Shown in pieces: positions 20,046 through 28,976 of a DNA stretch of 63,213 nucleotides (its first letter is position 1; the number at the start of each line of letters is the position of its first letter). This DNA comes from an uncultured bacterium (GTDB lineage Bacteria; Zixibacteria; MSB-5A5; CAIYYT01), in contig CAIYYT010000054.1 of NCBI GenBank assembly GCA_903930455.1, positions 1 to 63,213 of the forward strand, given 5' to 3'. The translations under genes were made by a program, and so were the position numbers. Below the pieces are notes generated by a model that saw nothing but the letters and a program-made list of their open reading frames with translations, had not been told where the DNA came from and made no database searches.

Positions 20046-20552
20046 TTACTGTTTCTGCTCCTCGGGGAGATTCTCCCAGGTAACCCGCCTATCCTTACGA
20101 ATAAACTTGACCGGCGACGGAATTTCGCGCGGCCATTTTACGAGCAGGTCTTCCTTAGTATATATGAACTTGTCGCGCTGTGAATCGGCGAATTCGTATT
20201 CCTTGCCGAGGAAGATCGCCTCTTCCGGACAAGCCTCCTCGCAGAAGCCGCAGAAGATACAGCGCAGTTCGTTGATCTCGTAAATCTTGGCGTAACGTTC
20301 GCCTTTCTCAGTCTCAGCCGGTTCCATGTAGATCGCATCAGCAGGACAGGAAGCGGCACAGAGGCCACAGCAAACGCAACGCTCGGAGCCGTCCTCATAG
20401 CGTTCGAGGAAATGCAGTCCCCGATAACGCGGCATCATCGGCTCTTTCTCGAACGGGTACTGAATCGTCACCGGCTTGCGGAAAGCTTGTTTGAGCACGG
20501 TAAACATGCCGATTGGAATCGCGACAAATATTTGTTTCAAGACTCTAAACAA
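20046..20552 (-). CDS. nuoI: NADH-quinone oxidoreductase subunit I (2x[4Fe-4S])
   Basis: CCGLCAASCP and CIFCGFCEEACP ferredoxin motifs. The start is uncertain. The TTG at 20552 follows AGGAGA with a 6-nt spacer; the track start at 20576 and the ATG at 20507 are alternatives. Confidence 0.85.
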   Translation of the reverse strand: MFRVLKQIFVAIPIGMFTVLKQAFRKPVTIQYPFEKEPMMPRYRGLHFLERYEDGSERCVCCGLCAASCPADAIYMEPAETEKGERYAKIYEINELRCIFCGFCEEACPEEAIFLGKEYEFADSQRDKFIYTKEDLLVKWPREIPSPVKFIRKDRRVTWENLPEEQKQ

Positions 20553-20562
20553 TCGTGCTCTC

Positions 20563-21546
20563 CTACAACAAGTCAATCAGCGCCGTAACCAGGATATTGG
20601 CCAGCGCTAAGGGAATTATAACGTACCACCCAAACTTCATCAGTTGATCATAGCGGAATCGCGGCAAACTGGCGCGAATCCAAATGTATATAAACAACAC
20701 GGCGACAGCCTTAATAACGAACCACAATACCGGCGGCAAGAACGGCCCCTGCCAGCCACCCAGAAAGAGAGTGGTTGCCACCGTCGCCACGGTGACCATG
20801 TTGGCATACTCGCCGACAAAAAATAGGCCGAAGCGCATGGAGGAATACTCCGTGAAATAGCCGGCGACCAACTCAGATTCAGCTTCCGGCAAATCGAAGG
20901 GAGCGCGATTGGTCTCGGCAATGGCGCAGACGAAATAGAGCAGGAAGCCGATTGGCTGGCGGAAAATGAACCATTTGTACCAGACGTTTTGTTGTCCCAC
21001 GATATCGACGAGATTGAGAGTTCCGGCAAGCAGCACGATGCCGATGAGCGACATGCCGATGCCGATTTCGTAAGAGATCATCTGTGCCGACGACCGCAGG
21101 CCACCGAGCAACGAGTATTTGCTATTGGCCGACCAACCAGCCATCACGATACCATAGACACTTAGCGAAGCCACGGCGAGGATGAACAGGAGACCATTGT
21201 CATAATTGGCAATGACGAGATTTATCTCTCGCCCAAAGAGAGTAATCTTGTTGCCGAACGGAATCATTGCAATCGGCAACATCGCCGGAATAAACGCCAA
21301 TAGCGGCGCAAGCAGATACAAGGCTCGTTGCGCCCCACCCGGAATTACTTCTTCCTTGAAGAGGAGCTTCACCAAATCGGCGACCGGCTGCAGAAGACCC
21401 TTCCAACCGGCGACATTGGGGCCAATACGTGACTGCATCCGAGCTAGTATCTTGCGCTCGGCATAGGTCATCCAAGCACAGGTCAATAGCAGGACAGTGA
21501 CGACCACGACGGCCTTGATTATGGTGATGAGAATGAATTCCAACAT
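20563..21546 (-). CDS. nuoH: NADH-quinone oxidoreductase subunit H
   Basis: 327-aa polytopic protein: RKILARMQSRIGPN..., LLQPVADLVKL. Confidence 0.9.
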   Translation of the reverse strand: MLEFILITIIKAVVVVTVLLLTCAWMTYAERKILARMQSRIGPNVAGWKGLLQPVADLVKLLFKEEVIPGGAQRALYLLAPLLAFIPAMLPIAMIPFGNKITLFGREINLVIANYDNGLLFILAVASLSVYGIVMAGWSANSKYSLLGGLRSSAQMISYEIGIGMSLIGIVLLAGTLNLVDIVGQQNVWYKWFIFRQPIGFLLYFVCAIAETNRAPFDLPEAESELVAGYFTEYSSMRFGLFFVGEYANMVTVATVATTLFLGGWQGPFLPPVLWFVIKAVAVLFIYIWIRASLPRFRYDQLMKFGWYVIIPLALANILVTALIDLL

Positions 21547-21547
21547 G

Positions 21548-24148
21548 CTACATCTTCGCCAGCTTGATCATGTCTATCTTGTCCTGACGTCCCATCAAAA
21601 TATTAGTACTCATCTCGCCGAAGTTCTCCGGCAGCAGGACGCGCTTGCTTGGGAAGTCGCGCAGGATCATGGCTTTGCCGACAACCCTGCCATACTTGGA
21701 TTCAACCTTCACGAGGTCGCCGTCCGACACGGCCAGATCGGTGGCATCGGCCTCGCTGATGCCGACAAACGGTTCGCCCGTAAATTTCATCAAAATCTCA
21801 TTGCGTTCCGTCAGTGTGCCACGATGATGATCGGCGTTGCCCACGAGCAGGATAAACCGATATTCCGTATCTATTGCAGGCGCCACGAATCTGAGATAAG
21901 CAAGCTTGCCCGGCTTGTTAGTTTCCGCGCTACGAATCAAGAAGCCATCCCTCCCTATCGCTGCGTAGGTTGTCGGAGCGCCTGTCGGAAAGAATCTCGC
22001 CATTTCCTGATAGACATCCGATGGTTTCGACTGGTTGAATTTTACGCCGAGTCGGTCGGCAAGGAGTTCGATAATCTCGCAGCCGGGCTTGGATTCATGC
22101 AGAGGCGGAATCGCACGCTGCGAATACTGCATGCGCTTCTCCCAGTTGACACGAGTCCCCTCGATCTCGGCAAAAGTCGACAGTGGCAAGATGACGTCGG
22201 CAAGACGTGCAGTATCAGTCATAAAGCTATCGATCACGACCAGCAGCTTGAGCTTCTCCATGACTGACCGAACATATTCGCCATCGGGGAACAGCCGCAC
22301 CGGGTCGGCATTGAACACTAACCCGCATTCTATTTCATCTTCGTCAATCGCTTCGAGAATCCCGATTGTGTCCTTGCCCGGGGCATCAGGAATCGGACCA
22401 TGCCATAGATCTTCGTAGATCGCCTTTTTTCCCCAAGACTGTCTTCCCGGAAGGACTGTCGGTTCAGCCCCAAAAAACGCGGCGCCAACAGAGTTGCTGT
22501 CAGGAGGAAGGAAGATTTTCCGAGCCGATTTACAGAAGGACTGCAAATTCGCAACGGCTAAATGCAACGAGTCTCGCAAAGGATCACGTTCGACATAACT
22601 ACCGGCGAGAATGAAGACATTCTGTGCGGCGGCCAGTATTTCCGCGACGCGCGCTACCAATGTTACATCAACACCCGTGATTTCCGAACCTCGGACTCCC
22701 GCATACGCAGCGTTGGCTTTACGGAAGTCAGAAATCTCCGCAGCGGACAACTTGATGGCCGAGGGGTCAAATCGCTCCAGATCGACCACCGCGTCAATGA
22801 GACCGTGCAGCAACACCGCCGCCGTACCCTGCTTATAGATGACTTCCAGCGTTGCGGCACGTTTGCCGAGCGGTGTCGGCAGCGGATTGAGCAGAATCAC
22901 CTTCGCGTTGTGGCGCTTCACCGCGCGTTTGACTCGTAGCGAGGTGATCGGATTTTCCGAATGCAGGTCGGAACCGAGCACGACAATGACGTCAGCGTTC
23001 TCAATATCTTTGAATTCTGCATTATCGGATTCGATACCGCGACTGCTAACTTCCTCACCCGGAGTCAATCGACGACGGCGATGGAAGCGGTGATCGATAT
23101 TGTTGGAGCCGATCACCCGCCGCAGTAAGCGTTGGAATGCATAGATTTCCTCGTTGGTCCTAATGTCACCGATAAAACCGAAGAAACCACTGCCGGAGAG
23201 TTTAGATTTGATATCATCAGTCTGCTTCCTGATCAGGCTCAACGCTTCTTCCCAACTGGTCTCCACCAATTCTCCTGAACGTCTCACCATCGGGCGCTTT
23301 ATGCGATCCGGACTGGCGACATACTGGTAGCCATAGCGACCGATATCACAGATAAATCCGTTATCGATGTTCTCGTTAGCTCTGCTGGTAGCGCGAAACA
23401 GTTTGTTGTGGAAATTCCAGAGCTTCATGTTGCAGCCATCCGGACAATGCGGGCAGATCACGCTCGTCTGTTTGGTCAACCAGACGCGGACTTTATAGCG
23501 CCAGTCATCATTGGTCAGAGCGCCGACTGGACAATATTCGACGATGTTACCGGAATAGAGATTGCGGATCTCGCGTCCGGGTGGTGGCAGAATCTCCGTA
23601 TGATAGCTTCTTTGATAAGCTCCGAGATCGTCCTCAAACGCGATTTCGTCGACAATGCGGGTGCAACGATAGCAGTGAATGCACCGATTCTGGTTGCGAA
23701 TGATCTCGGGACCGATCTGCAGGTCGTCGAAGGTTGAGTTGGCATCAACAATGACGCGATGCTTCGGTTCATGCTGACGACTGTAGTCGAGACCGTATTT
23801 GAACGTCAGGTTTTGCAAATCACATTCCCCGCCCTTGTCACAGGTGGGGCAATCGAGCGGATGATGAGCCAGAATAAATTCGAGAACACCTTGTCGCACC
23901 TTGATGGTCTTAGGCGAGTCGGTATGCACGATCATGCCCTCGGAGGCAATCGTGGCGCAGGCGACCTGTAGCTTGGGTAGTTTCTCGATCTCAACGAGAC
24001 AGATACGGCATGCGCCTACCGGCACCAGTTGCGGATGCCAGCAGAAGACCGGGATATCAATGCCTGCCGCCAACGATGCCTGCAACACCGTCTGTCCCTT
24101 GATGACGGGGACCTGCCGACCGTTGACGGTAATATTGAAATCGCTCAT
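21548..24148 (-). CDS. nuoG: NADH-quinone oxidoreductase subunit G (75-kDa, molybdopterin-oxidoreductase-like)
   Basis: N-terminal 2Fe-2S and 4Fe-4S motifs (CRICLVEI, CPTCDKGGECDLQ, CIHCYRC). The ATG at 24148 directly abuts the nuoF stop. Confidence 0.9.
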   Translation of the reverse strand: MSDFNITVNGRQVPVIKGQTVLQASLAAGIDIPVFCWHPQLVPVGACRICLVEIEKLPKLQVACATIASEGMIVHTDSPKTIKVRQGVLEFILAHHPLDCPTCDKGGECDLQNLTFKYGLDYSRQHEPKHRVIVDANSTFDDLQIGPEIIRNQNRCIHCYRCTRIVDEIAFEDDLGAYQRSYHTEILPPPGREIRNLYSGNIVEYCPVGALTNDDWRYKVRVWLTKQTSVICPHCPDGCNMKLWNFHNKLFRATSRANENIDNGFICDIGRYGYQYVASPDRIKRPMVRRSGELVETSWEEALSLIRKQTDDIKSKLSGSGFFGFIGDIRTNEEIYAFQRLLRRVIGSNNIDHRFHRRRRLTPGEEVSSRGIESDNAEFKDIENADVIVVLGSDLHSENPITSLRVKRAVKRHNAKVILLNPLPTPLGKRAATLEVIYKQGTAAVLLHGLIDAVVDLERFDPSAIKLSAAEISDFRKANAAYAGVRGSEITGVDVTLVARVAEILAAAQNVFILAGSYVERDPLRDSLHLAVANLQSFCKSARKIFLPPDSNSVGAAFFGAEPTVLPGRQSWGKKAIYEDLWHGPIPDAPGKDTIGILEAIDEDEIECGLVFNADPVRLFPDGEYVRSVMEKLKLLVVIDSFMTDTARLADVILPLSTFAEIEGTRVNWEKRMQYSQRAIPPLHESKPGCEIIELLADRLGVKFNQSKPSDVYQEMARFFPTGAPTTYAAIGRDGFLIRSAETNKPGKLAYLRFVAPAIDTEYRFILLVGNADHHRGTLTERNEILMKFTGEPFVGISEADATDLAVSDGDLVKVESKYGRVVGKAMILRDFPSKRVLLPENFGEMSTNILMGRQDKIDMIKLAKM

Positions 24149-25434
24149 TTCGTTCTCAATTTGAACTGTGAGTGAACCTTGCACTTGCCATGCTCGATGT
24201 GATAAACATACTCATCACGAAACAGTTTGATTGTCGAAATCACCGGCACCACGGCGGCATCCCCAAGGGGGCAAATCGTGTTGCCCTCGATGTTGTCAGC
24301 GATGTCCAACAGTGTATCGATGTCCTCCATTTTGCCGTAGCCCGCCTCGATGCGACGGAGTATTTCGTATATCCAGCCGGTTCCCTGCCGACAGGGGGTG
24401 CACTTACCGCAGGATTCGTGCATATAGAAATGCGCCAAAATCTCCGCCACCCAGACAATGCAGGTTTCTTCGTGCATCACGATCACCGCGCCGGAACCAA
24501 GCATTGATCCGGCGGCGGCGACGGATTCGAAATCCAATTTGGTGTCGATCTTGTCAGGTAATAGCACTGGGGTTGATGAACCTCCGGGGATGATGGCTTT
24601 TAATGGCCTGTCATCGAGAATGCCACCGGCAAGGCCATAGACTAAGTCCCGCAAAGAGTAGCCAAGTTCAAGTTCATAGTTGCCGGGGTTCTTCACATGG
24701 CCGGAAACGGAGAAAATACGAGTGCCCTTGGATTTCTCAGTGCCGAGACTTGCAAACCATTGTGCACCTTTCACAACAATGTGCGGGAGATTGGCAAGCG
24801 TCTCAACGTTGTTGATGATGGTCGGACAGCGATAGAGTCCTTCAACAGCCGGGAATGGCGGCTTAAGACGCGCCAGACCTTTGTCCCCTTCAAGAGAACT
24901 CAGTAATGCCGTCTCCTCCCCACAGATATAAGCGCCACCACCGCGGTGGACGACGATATCGAGATCGTAACCGCTGCCAAGAATGTTCTTGCCGAGGAAG
25001 CCTTTTGCATACGCATCGGCGATGGCCTTGGACATCCGTACCTGACCAATATCATACTCGCCACGGATGTAGAAAAACGCCGTGTGGCAGCCGATGGCGT
25101 AGGATGCAATCATCATGCCTTCGACGACAGCATGCGGATCACCTTCGAGCAGCACGCGATCTTTGCAAGTACCGGGCTCCGATTCGTCGGCGTTGCAGCA
25201 AAGATACTTGGACTTTAGCGAGTCCTTGGGAACGAAGCTCCACTTCAGGCCAGTCGGAAATCCAGCGCCACCCCGACCACGCAAGCCCGAGTCTTTGACT
25301 ATCTGAATCAGATCAGCCGGAGCGATTTCTTTCAACACCTTCTGCCACGCCTGATAGGCACCATGCTCGATAGCACGCTCCATAGTGTGCTGCTGCGGAT
25401 CGCCAACGTGTTGGGTGAGTAATTTGGTTTCCAT
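24145..25434 (-). CDS. nuoF: NADH-quinone oxidoreductase subunit F
   Basis: FMN/NADH site GRGGAGFPTGLKW and 4Fe-4S motif ESCGKCTPCR. Confidence 0.95.
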   Translation of the reverse strand: METKLLTQHVGDPQQHTMERAIEHGAYQAWQKVLKEIAPADLIQIVKDSGLRGRGGAGFPTGLKWSFVPKDSLKSKYLCCNADESEPGTCKDRVLLEGDPHAVVEGMMIASYAIGCHTAFFYIRGEYDIGQVRMSKAIADAYAKGFLGKNILGSGYDLDIVVHRGGGAYICGEETALLSSLEGDKGLARLKPPFPAVEGLYRCPTIINNVETLANLPHIVVKGAQWFASLGTEKSKGTRIFSVSGHVKNPGNYELELGYSLRDLVYGLAGGILDDRPLKAIIPGGSSTPVLLPDKIDTKLDFESVAAAGSMLGSGAVIVMHEETCIVWVAEILAHFYMHESCGKCTPCRQGTGWIYEILRRIEAGYGKMEDIDTLLDIADNIEGNTICPLGDAAVVPVISTIKLFRDEYVYHIEHGKCKVHSQFKLRTK

Positions 25435-25439
25435 CGGCT

Positions 25440-25916
25440 CTATTTCTGACTCCGGAATTCTTCAATTAGGCGGTCGACTTTTTCTACCGTCAAGTTTTCG
25501 TAGTAATGCGCATTGACTTGCATCATTGGCGCGGTAGTGCAACTACCGAGACATTCGGCTTCGACAACGGTAAACAAACCGTCCGCCGTGATTTCGCCTA
25601 ACTCGACATTCAGTTTGTCCAATAAATATGCAGTCAGATGATGCGACCCGAGCAACGCGCAGGAAATATTGCGGCAGACCTGAATCAGATACTTGCCGCG
25701 TTTGGCTTTGGGAAACATTGTGTAGAATGACGCCGCCTCGGCGACTTCAATAAGCTTCAGATCTAGTATCTGCGCGATTTCCTCATAGATCTGGTCACTC
25801 AGGTAGCCGTGCTCCTCGTAGGCGATATGCAACGCAGGCAGAATCGCCGATCTAACTTTGGGATAGCGCTTGGCGGTTTGTGAAATTTGTAACTTGGCCG
25901 AATCTGATAAGATCAT
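25440..25916 (-). CDS. nuoE: NADH-quinone oxidoreductase subunit E
   Basis: Thioredoxin-like 2Fe-2S subunit: VCRNISCALLG...CLGSCTTAPMMQVN. Confidence 0.9.
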   Translation of the reverse strand: MILSDSAKLQISQTAKRYPKVRSAILPALHIAYEEHGYLSDQIYEEIAQILDLKLIEVAEAASFYTMFPKAKRGKYLIQVCRNISCALLGSHHLTAYLLDKLNVELGEITADGLFTVVEAECLGSCTTAPMMQVNAHYYENLTVEKVDRLIEEFRSQK

Positions 25917-27082
25917 CTGTCCACCTCGCCAAGCACGATATCAACTGAACCAATGCAGGCGATTACATCCGCCAGCAATCTGCCGACTACGAGTTTCGAA
26001 AGCGCCGAAATATTGACAAAGCTCGGTGGCCGCACGCGCATTCGATACGGCATGGTGCCGCCGTCGGAAACGATATAGTATCCCAGTTCACCCTTGGGAG
26101 ACTCAATCGTTACAAACACTTCGCCTTTCGGAGGATGGAAACCTTCGGTGACCAGTTTGAAGTGATAGATCATAGCTTCCATCTGGCAAAGCGCTTCTTC
26201 CTTGGTAGGTCGGACGACGCCCGGCACGCGCGCCAGGTAGCGGCCTTCCGGCATGCCGTCCATTGCCTGCTGGATAATGCGCAAGCTCTGCCGCATTTCT
26301 TCGAGGCGCACTTGATATCGTGCGAAACAGTCGGAAGCTTCCTGAGTCGGTATATCAAAATCAAACTTATCATAGCTGGAGTATGGCCTAGCTTTGCGCA
26401 GATCGTGTTTGACACCTGCTGCTCGTAGCATAGGACCGGTGATTCCCGACTTGATAGCCTCTTCCTTGTTGATCACGCCAACGCCGATAGTGCGATTACG
26501 CCAAATGCGATTGTTGGTCAGAATGTTCTCGTATTCATCGAAGCGCGCCGGAAAAGTTCTGAGAATCTTGCGCACCATTGGTTCGAAGTCACTCGGCAAG
26601 TCCTCAGTCAGTCCACCGATGCGGAAATAGGTGGACATCATCCGCTGGCCGGAAACGGCTTCATAGATGGTAAGCAAGTCCTCGCGCTCGCGAAAGACGT
26701 AGAGCAACATGCTCATGGCGCCAATATCAAGCGCATGAGTACCGAGCCAGACCAGATGCGAATTAAGCCGCGTGATTTCCGTAAGCAAGACTCTCGCCCA
26801 CTGCGCCTTTGGCGGCGCTTCGACGCCAAGCAACTTCTCCACCGCCAAACAATAACCCAGATTGTTTGACATCGGCGCGAGATAGTCCATGCGATCGGTC
26901 ATCGGAATGACTTTGTAGTAGAGCTTTGCTTCGGCAGTCTTCTCGATGCCGGTATGAAGATAGCCAACTTCGGGAGTGCATTTAATAACTACCTCGCCGT
27001 CAAGCTCCAGGACCACGCGCAGAACGCCGTGGGTCGCAGGGTGCTGAGGACCGAGGTTGACGGTCATCGTCTCAGTTCGCAC
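25913..27082 (-). CDS. nuoD: NADH-quinone oxidoreductase subunit D
   Basis: 389 aa: NLGPQHPATHGVLR, and C-terminal DIVLGEVDR. Confidence 0.95.
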   Translation of the reverse strand: MRTETMTVNLGPQHPATHGVLRVVLELDGEVVIKCTPEVGYLHTGIEKTAEAKLYYKVIPMTDRMDYLAPMSNNLGYCLAVEKLLGVEAPPKAQWARVLLTEITRLNSHLVWLGTHALDIGAMSMLLYVFREREDLLTIYEAVSGQRMMSTYFRIGGLTEDLPSDFEPMVRKILRTFPARFDEYENILTNNRIWRNRTIGVGVINKEEAIKSGITGPMLRAAGVKHDLRKARPYSSYDKFDFDIPTQEASDCFARYQVRLEEMRQSLRIIQQAMDGMPEGRYLARVPGVVRPTKEEALCQMEAMIYHFKLVTEGFHPPKGEVFVTIESPKGELGYYIVSDGGTMPYRMRVRPPSFVNISALSKLVVGRLLADVIACIGSVDIVLGEVDR

Positions 27083-27582
27083 TACTTGATGACCTCCGGC
27101 GGCAAGTCCTTGTTGTATGTAAATTGCGGAGTCTCGTAAGTCAGCGGATAGTCTTTGCGGAGCGGATGTCCCTCGAATTCATCCCAGAGCATTATGCGGC
27201 GCAAGTCGGGATGACCGTCGAAAAATATGCCGAACAGATCGAATACTTCCCGCTCCAGCCAATTGGCTGTATCCCACTCACCGGTGAGAGTCGGTACCGA
27301 TTCCTTGTCGGCAACATGTGCTTTGAATCGGACGTACTCCGTCAAGTCGTAAGAGTACAGATGGTAGATCACTTCAAAACGTTTTTCGCGCTCAAGCCAA
27401 TCAGTAGCGGTGATATCGGAAAGGTGCACGTATCTCAGTGCGGCGTCATCACGGAGAAAACGCGCCAAGGCGACAATCGCTGACTTGTCGACGACGAAAG
27501 CCAACTCACCGAAGTGCTCGGTGGTTGCGAATATCTTGTCGCCAAACTGGGCTGTAACTCGTTCGCGGGTGACGTTGCTCAT
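27082..27582 (-). CDS. nuoC: NADH-quinone oxidoreductase subunit C
   Basis: 166 aa: EREVFDLFGIFFDGHPDLRRI. Confidence 0.9.
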   Translation of the reverse strand: MSNVTRERVTAQFGDKIFATTEHFGELAFVVDKSAIVALARFLRDDAALRYVHLSDITATDWLEREKRFEVIYHLYSYDLTEYVRFKAHVADKESVPTLTGEWDTANWLEREVFDLFGIFFDGHPDLRRIMLWDEFEGHPLRKDYPLTYETPQFTYNKDLPPEVIK

Positions 27583-27620
27583 CCAATAAGCTCAGTTGTA
27601 ATCCCTGTATTCAATTCAGC

Positions 27621-28112
27621 TCAGGCGCTCTGCCTGGAATCGCCTTTGAGCTTCTCCTGATCGATTAACTTCTCCAGCTTCACGATGCCATCAATCAATT
27701 GCTCCGGTCGCGGCGGGCAACCGGGGACATAGATATCGACGGGCACGATTTTGTCGACGCCCTGCAAAATGGCGTAGTTGTTGAAAATGCCGCCACAAGA
27801 CGCACAAGCGCCCATGGAGATTACCCATTTCGGATTGGGCATCTGATCGTAAAGCCGTTTAAGCACCGGCGCCATCTTGTTAGAAACTCTGCCGGCAACT
27901 ATCATCAAATCCGCCTGCCGTGGCGAGGCGCGCATAACTTCCATGCCAAAACGGGAAAGGTCGTACTTGGGGCCGAAGGATGACATCATTTCAATCGCGC
28001 AGCAAGCCAGCCCGAAGCCAAAAGGCCAAGTCGACCGCTTGCGCGCCCAGTTAACCACTTTCTCTGCCGTAGCCAGAATTATACCATCAGGAATCTTCTC
28101 TTCTAATCCCAT
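27621..28112 (-). CDS. nuoB: NADH-quinone oxidoreductase subunit B
   Basis: [15 protein letters not shown] and PGCPPRPE (N2 cluster ligands). Confidence 0.95.
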   Translation of the reverse strand: MGLEEKIPDGIILATAEKVVNWARKRSTWPFGFGLACCAIEMMSSFGPKYDLSRFGMEVMRASPRQADLMIVAGRVSNKMAPVLKRLYDQMPNPKWVISMGACASCGGIFNNYAILQGVDKIVPVDIYVPGCPPRPEQLIDGIVKLEKLIDQEKLKGDSRQSA

Positions 28113-28480
28113 TTGATCGCTCCCTTCTTAACGATATATACGTAGCCGACCAGAAGGATGAGAATGAAGATGACCATTTCGACCAGTCCAAACAAGCCAA
28201 GTTGCTTGTAGTTGACTGCCCATGGGAAAAGGAAGACCGTCTCCAAATCGAAGACGATGAACAAGATCGCAACCAGATAGAACTTGACGGAAAAGCGGTG
28301 ACGAGTATCAGTCGTAACTTCGATGCCGCACTCGTAGGCTTCGTCTTTGACGCGACTCTTCGAACGCCTTCCCAGCATGGCAGAAACGCCGAACATCAAG
28401 ACCCCGATAATTATCGCCAGTACGATTTGAAAAAAGATGGGGAAATAGGTCTCGAAACTAGTCAGTCCAACCTCCGACAT
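28103..28480 (-). CDS. nuoA: NADH-quinone oxidoreductase subunit A
   Basis: 125 aa, 3 TM helices, YECG motif; first gene of the operon. Confidence 0.9.
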   Translation of the reverse strand: MSEVGLTSFETYFPIFFQIVLAIIIGVLMFGVSAMLGRRSKSRVKDEAYECGIEVTTDTRHRFSVKFYLVAILFIVFDLETVFLFPWAVNYKQLGLFGLVEMVIFILILLVGYVYIVKKGAIKWD

Positions 28481-28573
28481 TGTTGGGTGGGAAGGTAGGA
28501 TGTTTCGAAGTTAAGTCAACAACTATTTGGGCGAGCGCGCTCCTCTAGGACATCCCATTTTGCTAGTCGGAGT

Positions 28574-28975
28574 CTACTCGATCTCCTCTAATTCGATGAG
28601 TACACCACCGGTTGAATCGGGATGCACAAATGCGATTTTGTGACCGGTTGCACCGACGCGAGGTTGTTCGTCCATCAAACGGGCTCCTTGCTGCTTGAGA
28701 CGCGCAAGTTCGGCGGCAAGATCAGCGACTCCGAGACAGATATGGTGCAGCCCGTCGCCGCGTTTGTCGAGGAAACGGGAGAGGGATTCGTTGCCCGGCA
28801 GCGGAGAGATCAATTCAACACGCGCATTGGCGAGTTGAATGAAGCATATCCTGATCTTCTGATCGGGAACGTCAGTCATCTCCGACACAGAGGCGCCCAA
28901 GATGCCGGCGTATGCGAGTAAGGCCTTCTCGATCTCGCGCACAGCGATGGCAATGTGTTGAATTGATGGTTTCAT
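28574..28975 (-). CDS. Methylmalonyl-CoA epimerase (VOC family)
   Basis: IQHIAIAV...VELISP...FLDKRGDGLHHICLGV...HKIAFVHP...GGVLIELEE. The ATG at 28975 avoids overlap with the upstream gene's stop (28977). Confidence 0.8.
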   Translation of the reverse strand: MKPSIQHIAIAVREIEKALLAYAGILGASVSEMTDVPDQKIRICFIQLANARVELISPLPGNESLSRFLDKRGDGLHHICLGVADLAAELARLKQQGARLMDEQPRVGATGHKIAFVHPDSTGGVLIELEEIE

Positions 28976-28976
28976 C

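Noticed and set aside
21497-22267. 256-aa ORF on the + strand
   Set aside because: Entirely antisense to nuoH/nuoG, which have unambiguous family motifs. No SD and no recognisable domain. A typical shadow ORF.
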